From Mobula hypostoma (Eukaryota): a DNA stretch of 64,000 nucleotides. Position 1 is the first letter of the stretch; every line of letters begins with the position of its first letter. This document shows, piece after piece, positions 14,620 through 29,950 of the stretch. Position numbers and translations under genes: made by a program. Location: the NCBI RefSeq assembly GCF_963921235.1, contig NC_086097.1, positions 27,840,001 through 27,904,000 of the forward strand. The letters are read 5' to 3'. The notes below the pieces were generated by a model, which was not told where the DNA came from, did not search any database, and saw nothing but the letters and a program-made list of their open reading frames with translations.

Positions 14620-16330
14620 TAGGTTGACCACTTCAAATCCGGAAATCAGTAATCCAGTTCCACCGCTGGTTCAGACATAACTTTTGCCAGCCTAACTTCA
14701 AATTTCCTGTGTCGCCGTGCCAAAGAAGCAAGTCATACTGTGTTTTTCTGCATTTATTTTTATAACGTGCTTATCTAACCCAAATCATGTCTTTATTGAA
14801 TAAAGAAAGTGCTTCTCATGGTGTAAAATGCAAACACCATATGTTAAAAATACAAGATAAGGTGGAAGTTTTGACAAAACTCGACAGTGGTGTGTCTGTG
14901 AAAAGCATATACAACTTGTATAACATTGGCTCTTCCACAGTTCATGAAACAAAGAAACAAAAAGATAAGTTGCTCCAGTTCTTTGCTAACAGCAAATCAG
15001 AAAAAAAAGATGTGCATATGGAAAAAAATGAAACATGAAAGATGTTCACAACTAGATTAAGTTCACATAAAGTGGTTTAAGCTCCGCGTCAGTGAAGGTG
15101 TAGAACTGTCAGGAGAGATGGTGAAGGAACAAGCAGTATTATTTCATGAAGAATTAGGACTGGATTATGAGTGTGATTACAGTGAAGGGTGGCTTTAGCA
15201 TTACAAGCAGCAACAGGGCATAAAATTTTGTACAGTGTGTGGTGAAAAACAGTCAGCAGACATGGAAGCAGCCGCCGAGTTTGTGATGAATTCGCTAAAT
15301 TAGTTTCTGATGAAGATTTAAATCTGGAGTAGTTCACAGGCTTTTTATTTGTCGTTTATTCTTGCTTTATTATCCAATTTGTACTATTTAATAATACAAT
15401 AACAAGGTAACCTACAGGGAAGAAGTCATCTCTCTGACACAGTGGTGTCAAGAAAACAATCTCTCCCTCAATGTCACAAAAACAAAGGAGCTGGTTGCGG
15501 ATTACAGGAGGGATGGAGACAGGCTAACCCAGATTAACATCAATGGATCTGGAGTTGAGAGGGTAAACAGCTTTAAATTCCTCGGCATCCACATCACCGA
15601 GGACCTCATGTGGTCTGTACACACCAGCTGTGTGGTGAAAAAGGCACAACAGTGCCTCTTTCACCTCAGATGGTTGAGGAAGTTTGGTATGGGTCCCCAA
15701 ATCCTAAGAACTTTCTACAGGGGCACAATTGAGAGCATCCTGACTAGAAGCAGCACTGCCTGGTACGGGAACTGTACCTCCCTTAACTGCAGGACTCTGC
15801 AGACAGTGGTATGGACAGCACAGCGCATCTATTGTTATGAACTTCCCATGATTCAGGACATTTACAAAGACAGGTGTGAAAAAAGGGCCCATAAGGATCA
15901 TTGGGGACCCGAGTCACCTCAGCCAGAAACTATTCCAGCTGCTACCATCTAGGAAACGGTACCACAGCATAAAAGCCAGGACCAACAGGCTCTGGGACAG
16001 CTTCTTCCACCAGGCCATCAGACTGATTAACTCATGCTGATTTGAGTGTATTTCCATGTTACATTGACTACTCCATTTATTATAAATTCTTATAAATTAC
16101 TATGATTGCACATTGCACATTTAGACGGAGACTTAACGTAAAGATTTTTACACCTCGTAAGAAATAAAGTCAATTTAATACAGGGTACTATAAAGGTTGG
16201 GTGAGGTGATCATCATGTGGATTAGAAGTGTTTGTTTATTTAATCCTAATTTAACCACCTGTGATTCGGCAAAATCACTATTCTGGCACTGCACAGATCC
16301 AGTGATTCTGGATTTGTGGTGGTCAACCTG
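14620..16330 (+). mobile_element. Internally deleted Tigger/pogo transposon with a nested Rex1-like LINE fragment (about 15408-16175)
   Basis: TIRs (T)AGGTTGACCAC / GTGGTCAACCTG with flanking TA; ORF 14787-15038 resembles a CENP-B/psq-type HTH (KVEVLTKLDSGVSVKSI..YNIGSSTV); ORF 15608-15952 is a Rex1-type RT tail. Confidence 0.8.
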
Positions 16331-16494
16331 TAACTGAATTATTGAAAATTAGAAGGGTTATTAATGGAAATGTTATTTTATTTAGTGATGCAGTGCAGTA
16401 ACAGGCCCATGGCCTAACAAGACCGCGCTGCACAACTCTCACCAAAGTTGCTGGTGAACGCAGCAGGCCAGGCAGCATCTCTAGGAAGAGGTAC

Positions 16495-16530
16495 AGTCGA
16501 CGTTTCAGGCCGAGACCCTTCATCAGGACT
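16495..16530 (-). ncRNA. Minimal type-I hammerhead ribozyme motif
   Basis: AGUC-CUGAUGA-A-GGGU-CUCG-GCCU-GAAA-C-GUC-GACU. Confidence 0.7.
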
Positions 16531-16759
16531 AACTGAAGGAAGAGCTAGTAAGAGATTTGAAAGTGGGAGGGGGAGGGGGAGATCCAAAATGATAGGAGAA
16601 GACAGGAGGGGGAGGGATGGAGCCAAGAGCTGGACAGGTGATTGGCAAAAGGGATATGAGAGGATCATGGGACAGGAGGCCCAGGGAGAAGGAAAAGGGG
16701 AGGGGGGGAAAAACCCAGAGGATGGCAAGGGGTATAGTCAGAGGGACAGAGGGAGAAAA

Positions 16760-16761
<2 letters not shown>

Positions 16762-16792
<31 letters not shown>
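16762..16792. repeat. (GA)n microsatellite within the Penelope-like arm
   Basis: Visible GA run, longer than in the partner arm. Confidence 0.9.
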
Positions 16793-16797
<5 letters not shown>

Positions 16798-17472
16798 ATG
16801 TGAGTATATAAATAAATAACGGATGGGGTACGAGGGGGAGGTGGGGCATTAGCGTAAGTTAGAGAAGTCGATGTTCATGCCATCAGGTTGGAGGCTACCC
16901 AGACGGAATATAGATGCTCCCGATGTGGCCTTCTATATATTGGTGAGACCCGACGCAGACTGGGAGATCGTTTTGCTGAACACCAACGCTCTGTCTGCCA
17001 GAGAAAGCAGGATCTCCCAGTGGCCACACATTTTAATTCCACATCCCATTCCCATTCTGATATGTCTATCCACGGCCTCCTCTACTGTAAAGATGAAGCC
17101 ACACCCAGGTTAGAAGGAACAACACCTTATATTCCGTCTGGGTAGCCTCTAACCTGATGGCATGAACACTGACTTCTGCTAATGCCCCACCTCCCCCTCA
17201 TACCCCATCCGTTAATTATTTATATACACACATTCTTTCTCTCTCTCTCCTTTTTCTCCCTCTGTCCCTCTGACTATACCCCTTGCTCATCCTCTGGGTT
17301 TCCCCCCTCCCCCTTCTCCTTCTCCCTGGGCCTCCTGTCCCATGATTCTCTCATATCCCTTTTGCCAATCACCTGACCAGTTCTTGGCTCCATCCCTCCC
17401 CTTCCGTCTTCTCCTATCATTTTGATTCTCCCCCTCCCCCTCTCAAATCTCTTACTAGCTCTTCCTTCAGTT

Positions 17473-17508
17473 AGTCCTGACGAAGGGTCTCGGCCCGAAA
17501 CATCGACT
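17473..17508 (+). ncRNA. Minimal type-I hammerhead ribozyme motif (G-to-A change in stem III)
   Basis: AGUC-CUGACGA-A-GGGU-CUCG-GCCC-GAAA-C-AUC-GACU. Confidence 0.6.
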
Positions 17509-19990
17509 GTACCTCTTCTTAGAGATGCTGCCTGGCCTGCTGCGTTCACCAGCAATTTTGATGTGTGTTGCTTGAATTTCCAGCATCTGCAGAATTCCTC
17601 GTGTTTACGCTGCACAATTCTACCCATTTGACCAATTAACTACCAACCTGGACGTCTTTGAAATTTGGGAGGAAACCAGAGCACCCAGAGGACACCTGTG
17701 CGGTCACAGAGAGAATATACAGGCTCCTTAAAGACAGTGGCTGAACTGAACTCTGGGCACTGATTCTGTAATATCATTCTGCTAACCACTACGCTACCAT
17801 CCTGCCCCAACTATGCTACCATGCCGCCCTATGTAGAGGTTATGTAGAAACTTGAAACAAAGAAGAAAATTCATGAAAGCAAATGTTTCTTTTGCTAATA
17901 CTGAATACTCGCCACCTTCCAGTCACATATTGAACCTGTCAAGGACTTATCTTTACAATGACTACACAGAGTTATGGTGTGGGATTGATGTGTATAATTG
18001 CAGATATTTACAGATCCCAGAGTTATTGTTTACCATATACCACAAAAACACTGGACAATTTTGGAGCATAGAAGAAACTATTTTTACTAGAATTTTTTTC
18101 TTAGTATCATAGAACTCCAAACAGACAGTTAAGATCACATTGAATAGCGTAGGTCAAGCAGTGTTGGAAGATACCAAGCTGCAATCCATCATGCCATACA
18201 ATAGAACATAGATCACTACAGTATAATACAACCCACAATGTTGTCCCAACCTTTTAACCTACTTTAAGATCAATCTAACTCATCCCTCCCACATAGCCAT
18301 CCATTTTTCTTTCATCCACTTGCCCATCTAGGAGTCTCCTAAATGTCCCTAACCAGTAACACTTAGTGGCTAATTACTAATCTAGTGGTTATAATACGGT
18401 GAGTGAGTTCCTGTAAATCACTCACTGTATTATAACCATTAGATTGAAAGAAAAAATAAAAAGGATAAAACCAGAAAATGTCCACTTCACAAACATTGAG
18501 CACTAGGTCTAAATTCTGAAATGTGCCCCACAGATTAGTCCAGTTAAAGCCTAACATAATGGTTCGTACAAAACCATACCATCCAAATATCAAGCGGACT
18601 CCACCTCAACAATCCCTAAAAATGTCCAGTCCACTCGGGAAGACAGACCCAGAGGTGGTGGTGCTACAGGTGTGTGGCAATATTCCTGGGAGCTTACAAC
18701 ACTGATGCCAGATGTTATGATGTTTTTGTGCATTAGATGAAGAAAGGACAAAAAAAACTCTGATTTCCACCCAAAGACACATGGATTAGGGTTAGTAAGT
18801 TGTGAGCATTCTATACTGGTGCTGTAAGCATAGTGACACTTAAGGGCTGCCTTCAGCACACTCTTGATGCAAAGGACCACACTTCACAGTATGTTTCAAT
18901 GCCTTGATATACATGTTATAAATAAAGCTAAGTTTTCTTTCTTTTCATTCCTGTTCATCCTTTCCTTATTTCCTTGAAACATTTGACCTAGCAATAAAGG
19001 AACAATGATATTGCTTTAAAATCAGGATGGTGTGCGGCAAGGAGGGGAACTGTAGGTACCATTGCTACTGTTGGGCGTTACTCCCTTCAGGTGGGATGTG
19101 CTTGGACCCACGTCATCATATCCAGGAGCAGTTGTTGCCCTGCAGCTATCAGGCTCCTGGACGGGCTTCATTCACCTCAGTGCTGAATGGGCTACGCAGT
19201 TGGGAACTCATTTTCAGCAATTCTACAAATCATGTTCCATGTGGTTTTGTTTACTATTTGATCAAGGCGTACAGGTCAAGGACGAAGGACGAACCAGTGT
19301 TATGCTCACGATTCCACAAGGTTTACTTGTTTCAGCACTGGCTATGGCCTGCAGTCATCGGGCTCCTGGACTGGCTTCCCTTACCTCAGTGCTGAACTGG
19401 CTCTGTGGCTGTGGACTGACTTTTGGAGACTCTGCGGTTCATGTTCTGTGTGTTTGTTTATTTTATATTGTTTGCACAAGTTGTTCTTTCCTTTCGCAGA
19501 TTGGGTGTTTGACTATCTTGGTTATGTGGGTTTATTTTGATGGGTTCTATTGTGTTTTTTGTTTTGTGGTTGGCTGCGAGACGAAGGATCTCAAGATTGT
19601 ATACAATATAGTACATGCTTTGATAATAAATACACTGCTAATTTTGAACTTTGTACTGTGCCTCCACAGCCCTACTTCTTGATTGTGATAAAGCTGCTGT
19701 CGGAATAAGTCAGCAACTGCAGTGCTTTTTGTACATATGTGTCATACACTATGGTTGTACCACTACATTGAGTTCAACGGCCACTGGGACATGCCTTCTT
19801 CTCATTGCTACCATCCAGGTGGTGGTACAGGAACTTGAAGACACACTCAACATTTTAGAAACAGCTTCTTCCCCTCTGTCATCAGATTTCTGAATGGACA
19901 ATGAACCCATGTACACTTCTTCAATATTTTTTTTCTTTGTTTTTTGCTCTTTATTTGCAATACTTCTTCCTTTTTTAAAAAAATATATAC

Positions 19991-20946
19991 TGGGTCAAAC
20001 AATGTTTTTGCCAAAGCCTAATGAAATTGAAACTTTAATTCAAAAAGGGAAAATTAAAAAATTTATTTCTTGTATGTATAATTTGATTCAAGAACAGACA
20101 ATTAAACAAGGAACCCATAAGTCAAAGCAAAAATGGGAAACAGATCTGAATATTAATATTGATGAAACAAATTGGTCAAGACTTTGTCTTGACAGTATGA
20201 CAAATACAATAAATGTTCGACTTAGATTAGTACAATATAATTTTTTACACCAATTATATATTACACCACAAAAAATAAATAGATTAAATTCAAATATATC
20301 TGATAAATGTTTTCGGTGTAATCAAGAAATTGGTACTTTTTTACATTCTACTTGGTCTTGTTTTAAAATTCAACCCTTTTGGATAAATTTAAGAGTCTTA
20401 TTGGAACAAATTACTGGAATTCAACTTCCACATAACCCTGTATTATTTCTATTAGGTGATATTGAAGGGATAAAACCGAAACTTAAATTGAATAAATATC
20501 AGAAAGAATTTATAAAAATTGCATTGGCAGTAGCTAAGAAGACTATAGCAGTTACTTGGAAATCTGATTCGTATTTAAGTATGGATCGTTGGAATAATAA
20601 AATGGCTAGTTCTATTCCACTTGAAAAAATTACTTATAATTTAAGAGATAAATATGAAATATTTTTGAATATTTGGCGCCCTTATTTACAAAAGAGAGGA
20701 TGGCATATTTAAGTGCTCCGATAAAGATTTTGGTTACTTGGGGAAAGTAACGAATAATTATACTAAATTTATTTTGAATCCCATGGAGCATGTGGAAACC
20801 TTCCAATACCCAGGCGGTTCTCTTTTTTTTCTCTTTCTTCTTTTTAGGTAGGACTATATATGGGGGGGAGGGTTAAGGGGAGGGGGAGTGGGTAGATTTT
20901 ATCTTTTCATGTATTCTTTTTGAAAATTTAATAAAAATTATATAAA
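19991..20946 (+). mobile_element. L1/Tx1-like LINE 3' fragment with poly(A)
   Basis: ORF2 C-terminal zinc-binding motif CFRCNQEIGTFLHSTWSC; AATAAA followed by an A-tail; TSD AAAAAAATATATAC ending at 19990 and 20960. Confidence 0.85.
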
Positions 20947-20959
20947 AAAAAAATATATA

Positions 20960-22525
20960 CAGTCGGTCTTCCGTATCCGCGGGTTCCACCAACTGCGGAT
21001 CAAAAATATTCGGAAAAAAAAATTCCAGGAATTTCCAAAATGCAAAACTTGAATTTGCCACGCGCCAAGCACTACGCTGAATCCACGCAAATGGAGTGAT
21101 GTGCAGGCATACCCTGCTGTAGCCTCCCGCCATTTCACAGATCCTCAGTCCCTCTCCAGCACTCGTTGTTTGAGCATTGTTTGCCTTGCATCTCGTTCGT
21201 TCGCGAGCATTGTTTGCCTCACATCTCGTTCGTTCGCTACTTGTGTTGTGAGCGAGAGGAAGGAGTTTAAGGCTAGTAAGGGATGGCTGGCTAACTATGT
21301 AAAGCGCTACAGCCTCAAGAACTTAAAGATCATGGGAGAATCAGCATTGGCTGATGCCGAGGCAGCATCAGTGTTCCTAGAAGAGCTACGATGGTTGCGT
21401 CTGTACCGGACATGAACAGACCTTTTTTCTTGTCATTATTCCCTAAACAATACGGTGTAACAACTATTTACATAGCATTTACATTGTATTGGGCATTATA
21501 AGTAATCTAGAGATGATTTAAAGTATACGGGAGGATGTGCAGAGGTTATAAGCAAATACTATGCCATTTTATAGAAACATAGAAAATAGGTGCAGGAGTA
21601 GGCCATTCAGCCCTTCGAGCCTGCACCGCCATTCGGTATGATCATGGTTGATCATCCAACTCAGAACCCTGTACCTGCCTTCTCTCCATACCCCCTGATC
21701 CCTTTAGTCACAAGTGCCATATCTAACTCTCTCTTAAATATAGCCAATGAACAGGCCTCAACTGTTTCCTGTGGCAGAGAATTCCACAGATTCACCACTC
21801 TCTGTGTGAAGAAGTTTTTCCTCATCTTGGTCCTAAAAGGCTTCCCCTTTATCCTTAAACTGTGACCCCTCGTCCTGGACTTCACTAACATCGAGAACAA
21901 TCTTCCTGCATCTAGCCTGTCCAATCCCTTTAGAACTTCATACGTTTCAATAAGATTCCACCTCAATCTTTTAAATTCCAGCGAGTATAAGCCTAGTCGA
22001 TCCAGTCTTTCATCATATGAAAGTCCTGCCATCCCAGGAATCAATCTGGTGAACTTTCTTTGTACTCCCTCTATGGCAAGAATGTCTTTCCTCAGATTAG
22101 CGTACCAAAACTGCACACAATACTCCAGGTGTGGTCTCACCAAGGCCTTGTACAACTGCAGTAGTACCTCCCTGCTCCTGTACTCGAATCCTCTCGCTAT
22201 AAATGCCAGCATACCATTCGCCTTTTTCACCGCCTGCTGTACCTGCATGCCCACTTTCAATGACTGGTGTATAATGACACCCAGGTCTCGTTGCACCTCC
22301 CCTTTTCCTAATCGGCCACCATTCAGATAATAATCTGTTTTCCTGTTCTTGCCACCAAAGTGGATAACCTCACATTTATCCACATTAAATTGCATCTGCC
22401 AGGATTTTGTCCACTCATCTAACCTATCCAAGTCACCCTGCATATAAGGGGCCTGAGCATCCGCGGATTTTGGTATCCATGGGGGGTCCTGGAACCAATC
22501 CCTCATGGATACCGAAGAACGACTT
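20960..22525 (+). mobile_element. Tigger-like non-autonomous element interrupted by CR1
   Basis: TIRs CAGTCGGTCTTCCGTATCC / GGATACCGAAGAACGACTT, TA flanks; transposase remnant EFKASKGWLANYVKRY..GESALADAEAA. Confidence 0.85.
21573..22442 (-). mobile_element. CR1 LINE 3' fragment with open RT C-terminal frame
   Basis: QGDLDRLDEW..WQMQFNVDKCEVIH..VRPHLEYCVQFW within ORF 21661-22506. Confidence 0.9.
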
Positions 22526-22967
22526 TATTTCTTATTGTAATTTATAGTTTTTTTTTTATTATGTCTTGCAATGTACTGCCTCCACAAAGCAACAAATTTC
22601 ACGACCTATGCCAGTGACATTAAACCTGACTCTGATTCTGTTGCAGCTCTATCAAACTCTGGTTTGTCCATACATGGGAGTATTGTGTTCAGTTCTAGTC
22701 ACTGCTCTATAGGAAGGAAATGGAAGTTTTAGAAGCTATGGAAGAGATTTACCAAGATGCTGTCTGGATTAGAGAGTGTCTTTTATGAGGACAGTTTGAA
22801 TGAGCTAGGGCTTTTCTCCTTGGAGCTAGAGAGGATGAGGGGTGTCTTGATAGAGGTATACAAGGTGATAAAAGGCTAAGACAGACTGGACAGCCAGAGA
22901 CTTTTTTCCCAGAATAGAACTGGCTAATACGAGGGGGCAAAACTTTAGATACTTGGAGGAAAATATA

Positions 22968-24584
<1,617 letters not shown>

Positions 24585-25169
24585 TAGGTGGGATGTCAGA
24601 AGTAGGATTTTTAAAAACAGAAATTGGTGGACGTGTGGAACACACTGCAAGACTTGGAGGTACAGGCAGATACATTAGACATTTATGAGACTTAAATAAG
24701 CACGTGGAGAAAAGAAAAATGGAGTGCTAGATTGATCTTTGAGTAGGTTAAAGGATTGGGACTATATTGTGGGTTGAAGTGTCCAATTAGGACAACGAAC
24801 TTCAGGAACGATGCAAAGTTTTAGGAGAGAGGGTGCAGAGGAAGTTTTGCTTAGAACTAAGCAGATTCCTGATAAAAGTACTTAAAATCATAAAATGTCC
24901 AGAAGAGATGAAAGAATGAAACTATTCCCATATTTGACAGAAAGGCAAAGAATCAGAACCACAGAATGAGGATGACCATGGCAAAAGCAGAAAAAAATGA
25001 CATGAGAGGAAGATATTATTTTGGAAATGAGTACTAAGAATCTGGAATTCAACAGCAGCACTCAAAAGCAACTGTGCAAAAATTTGAAAAGAAAGAAATA
25101 GAATGACAAGGAGAGTGTAGGGGAGTAGAATTAGCTGGATTACTCCTGCACAGAGCATGTGCATGCTCA

Positions 25170-25337
<168 letters not shown>

Positions 25338-25903
25338 TCAAAGAGACTCAAACACAAATAGAAATTCAGGTTAGAAGTTTGTATTTCTTTATTTAAAAAT
25401 TGTTTTTTTTAATGAAACCAAGGTACAATACTCATTAATCTATTCATACAAAGAAATTAGTTAACTTTACCCTAACCGGGATGTTCAGGCTACTTCAGTT
25501 TTGGTGATATTTATACTTTATTAGTCCTGTTGCTCTTTGGTAATAAAGTTAACACATTCAGGAGTCCAAGATAAAATATGTTAGGTAGTTCCTCTGGATT
25601 GAGGAGGATTTGCTGTCACTGTGTTTTTTCAAATTCTGAAGTGATTGATGAGGCCACTGTGGGAGTCACTGGCTCTTCCACCAATGGACTAGGATGTGGT
25701 TGAAGGGCTGTGTGCTTATTTGTGAGGTGGATTATACAGGGCTTCTCTGTGCTCTCAGTGTATGCTACTGAGGTCTACAATACTATTATGGGAGCTCCTT
25801 GTGCTCCTTCTCCACTTTCAGTCATAATAGGCCAGACATTCAGGAGGGGGTTGGGGGGGGGTTGCTACACTTCAAAAGGTGAGCAAACTTTTGAGTACAA
25901 CTA

Positions 25904-26406
25904 TACTCAGTTGCCAATTTATTAGGTACACCAGCACCTTCTGTTGCTGCACCCCATCCATTTCAAGGTTTGACATGCAGTGCATTCAAAGATGCTTTTC
26001 TGCACACCGCTGTTGTAACAAATTGTTATGTGAGTTACTGTTGCCTTTTTGTCAGCTTGAACCAGTCTGGCTATTCTCCTCTGACTTCTCTCATTAACAA
26101 AGCTTTTCACTCACAGAACTGCTGCTGTTATTTTGTTTCTCCCACCATTCTCTGTAAATTCTGGAAACTGTTGTGCATGAAAATTCCAGAAGATCAGCAG
26201 TTTTGAGATACTCAAAACATTGTATTTGGCATCAATAATCATTCCATGGTCAAAGATCTCATTTTTTTGTCATTCTAATGTTTGGTCTGAACAACGACTA
26301 AACCTCTTGACCATGTCTGCATGCTTTTATGCATTGAGTTGCTGACACTTGATTGGCTGATTAGATATTTGCATTAACAAGCAGGTGTACAGGTGTGGTC
26401 AGAGTG
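25904..26406 (-). mobile_element. Old non-autonomous Tc1-like element
   Basis: Decayed TIRs with TA flanks; N-terminal transposase remnant RSQRRIARLVQADKKATVTHIT. Confidence 0.65.
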
Positions 26407-27319
26407 TATATCTTTCACTCAGTCAGCTTGATTATTGCTTTCCATGACAGAGATCAGAAAAGAATGTTTGCTTCAAGAGTCTGGTGTTAGATATGCAAGT
26501 GACATGGCCTGTCTGATGTGGCTAAGAGTAACCAGGGTCTCAATGCTGGGTATGTTAGCCTGGAAAGGATACTGACCATGATTTGATAATCTTTTCAGTA
26601 CATTTAGAGAATTCTGCAGACCCAATTGGTGGTATTTTTTCAGAGCAGTCACTTAGCCATTGCTAGTAGTACAAATCTCAAGCATTTAGTAGGGCAGGAG
26701 TCACAGCCGCTTGGTAAATCATGAGTTTTGTGACTAATTGAGGGTTTCTTCTTCCCCCTTCCTTTTCAGTCCTGATGAAAGTCTCGGCCCGAAAAGGCAA
26801 CAGTTTATTCCTCTCCATAGATGCTACCTGACCTGCTGAGTACCTCCAGCATTTTGTTTGTGTTGCTCTTGTTCTTCAAATATCACAGGTGAAGCCCTGC
26901 CCAAAACTGAGCACATCTACAAAAGCGCTGTCACAGGAAAGCAGCATTGAACATCAAGTGCCTGCACCATCCAGGCTATGCTTTTCCTCTCGCTGCTACC
27001 ATTGGGGAGGTGGTACAGAAAGCCTTAGGTCGCACACCCCCAGATTCAGGAATAGTTATTATCCTTCAACTATCAGGCCCCTGAACCAGTCGTTACTCAT
27101 CTCAACTCTAACCTCACTCCACAACCTATGGACTCACTTTCAAGGTGTCTACAGCTCATGTTCTCAATATTATTTATTTATTTATCTGGTTGCTTATTTA
27201 TTGATTTATTTACTTATTGGCATTTTAATTGTATTTGTAGTTTTGCTCTGATTCTATCATATTCTATTCTACTGTGAATGTCTGCAAGAAAATGGATCTC
27301 AGAGTAGTATATGGTGACA

Positions 27320-27620
27320 GGTAGTTTGATAATACATTTAGCTGATATCCTTTTCCATCAATCAATCAAAGGCGGTGCTGACACACTGAAAGTGGTGATG
27401 AATTTCACTCTTGGTGTCTGCCAACATGAGAAGCAGCTCCTCAGGTACAGAAAGTGGTCAACATTTTTCAAAATTTCACTGTCTAAAGCAGGGTGGTACA
27501 GTGGAGGCACGCTGGTGGATGACCTTGGTCTTGGAGATAAGAGGAGAAAGCCCATACTACTGTATGCATGAAAGGACAAGTTGACAATGTCTTGCAGTTC
27601 AATCTCTGAGCACATGCAAA
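27320..27620 (-). mobile_element. RTE-type LINE remnant
   Basis: EILKNVDHFLYL motif resembles the RTE ORF at 43462-44166 (LKTVHQFSYLG). Confidence 0.5.
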
Positions 27621-29722
27621 CACCAAAGCCTAGTAATTCAACTACTGAGGTTTGAGTGACCTTGCTTCCGGAGTGCAGATGCCATAAGTTGAAAAGTTAC
27701 CAATTAAATTGGAAGAATAACTTTTTGTTCAGTTAGAATAATAAGAATATCATTCCTTGTTTATTGAAGTCAAAAGGAAAATAATCTGAAAATGAATCAC
27801 TAGGGCTCCTCGGGTTACTGATTACATGACTTATAGAAATTTGACGTTTTTGGAGCTGAGGTACAGCTTTAGGGTGGGAAGAATTGTGAAAATTGTTGAG
27901 CAATGATGCAGTTTTACCTGACATCAGTCCTCATTAACACTGATTCTGTTGTGGGCCCATTGATCAGTCTCAGGTTATGCATGTCATCATGGAACATAAG
28001 CAAGATGTGGATGAGTTTCTGTGGGGAGATGAATTTGAAGGTGTTCCATGGTCCCTTCTGATGTACAGCTTATGGCTGATAGTAGATGTTGGTACAATAC
28101 TCAACTGCCGCTACTCTAAAGGTAAATGCTCAGTAATCTGCACAGTATTGAACCGTATTTGATAATTGCTTTGTCTACTTACGATGGCACTTAAAAGAGT
28201 ACAATGGTGGCTGGGGAGAACAGTTGGTAAAAGGCTTTTAATGGCAATGGCTGACAACACTGGTGCAGAAAAATTAGAAGGAAGGAACATGATGTCTCCA
28301 CACATGCATTTAAAACATTCTAGAAGATGCATCTCTTTTGGGGTCCTTGGAATTTAGCACACTTCTAGAGAATAAAGAATATCAATACTCTCAAATATAC
28401 AAATACCCTCTTCCATCAGATTTCTGAGCAGACCATGAAATTCATCAACACTACCTCACTCTGTACTCTCTTTTTGAATGACTTATTTTTAGAATATACT
28501 TCTGACTGTAACTTAATTTTTTATGTATTGCTCTGTATTACTGCCACAAAACATATTTTATGACACACATCAGTGATAATAAACCTGATTCTAAGTATAC
28601 AAAGATTAAGAGTTCATATATCATTTAGAAAGGATACTGACAACTTTAACAATACCATTAGGCTACTTGGGTGTGATTATTTTCCACTCCTGATAACGGA
28701 CATGTTCTTACTGAGGAAAAGGAGCAAAGACCTTTATCAGCAAATGTTATGGAATGTTAAAGGAAAATAGCTTTTGCTAAATATACACTTATTTTGTTAC
28801 AATAAAAAAATGCTATGTCCGACAATCTGCCCTGACATTGTCTCAAATACAACTGAGGAAAAAAAGGACCAATAAAGGCAATTTGATGTTGTTGCAAGTG
28901 TTCATGATTACCATTATGTATTTGTAACATTCCTTCTGTCCAAAGAGTTCTGAACGTAAACACATCCAGACTAGTCTGTCCTGGTCAAGCCATGTTGATG
29001 TCACAGCCAAGAAAGCTCACCAGTGTCTCCATTTTTTATTGATGATCTATAGAAAGCATTTTGTCTGGATTCATAACGACTTGGTATGGCATCTGCTCTG
29101 CACGCGATCCCAAGAACCTGCAAAGTTGTGGACACAGCTCCGCACATCGCAGTACATCTCTCATTGCCTCTGTAAAGCAGCCAGGATAATGAAAGACCCT
29201 ACCCACACTGGATATTCTTTCTTCTTCCCTCTCCCATTGGGCAGAAGATACAAAAACCTGAAAGCATGCAGCACCAGGCTCAAGGGTAGCTTCTATCCAA
29301 CTATTACTAGAACCTTGAACAGACCACTTTTATGATAAGATCTACTCTTGGCCTCACAATCTACCTCCTTATGACCTTGCTCTTTATTGTTTACATGCAC
29401 TGCATTTTTCGGTAATATCTACACTTTATTCTGCGTTGTTAATGTTTTACCTTATCCTAGCTCAATGCACTGTGTAACGATTTGATTTGTATGAAGAGAT
29501 GAAAGAGAAGCTTTTCACTGTATCTTGATATAGATGACAATAATAAACCTATTCCAGTAACAAGACATGCCGTACCTGTTTACTGATTAAATAATATCAG
29601 TGGGACCTTTAATAGTATTTCTCAAACTAGAAATTAAATTAATTTGGATCAAGAGAATACTGGACAAGAAGGAATCTCTTACCGTAAAAATATCAAAATT
29701 AAGCCATCATGGTTTGGCATTA

Positions 29723-29950
<228 letters not shown>

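Larger units (their letters stand above)
16440..17607 (+). mobile_element. Penelope-like element 3' part (GIY-YIG) with about 470-bp inverted 5' pseudo-LTR
   Basis: CSRCGLLYIGETRRRLGDRFAEH in ORF 16888-17145; 16444-16910 is the reverse complement of about 17125-17560; TSD CGCTGCACAA(C/T)TCT at 16426-16439 and 17608-17621. Confidence 0.9.

Noticed and set aside
19062..19682. 206-aa ORF
   Set aside because: Low-complexity translation of a TG-rich LINE tail region, with no domain motif or splice support.
19894..20712. 272-aa ORF as an independent gene
   Set aside because: The first 32 or so codons come from flanking repeat sequence; the rest is a truncated L1 ORF2 C-terminus.
26740..26870. Decayed hammerhead-like motifs (also near 9050, 9795, 11575, 12729, 38290, 48703, 49290, 60530)
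   Set aside because: Core or stem positions are mutated, so they are counted as family remnants and not called as ribozymes.
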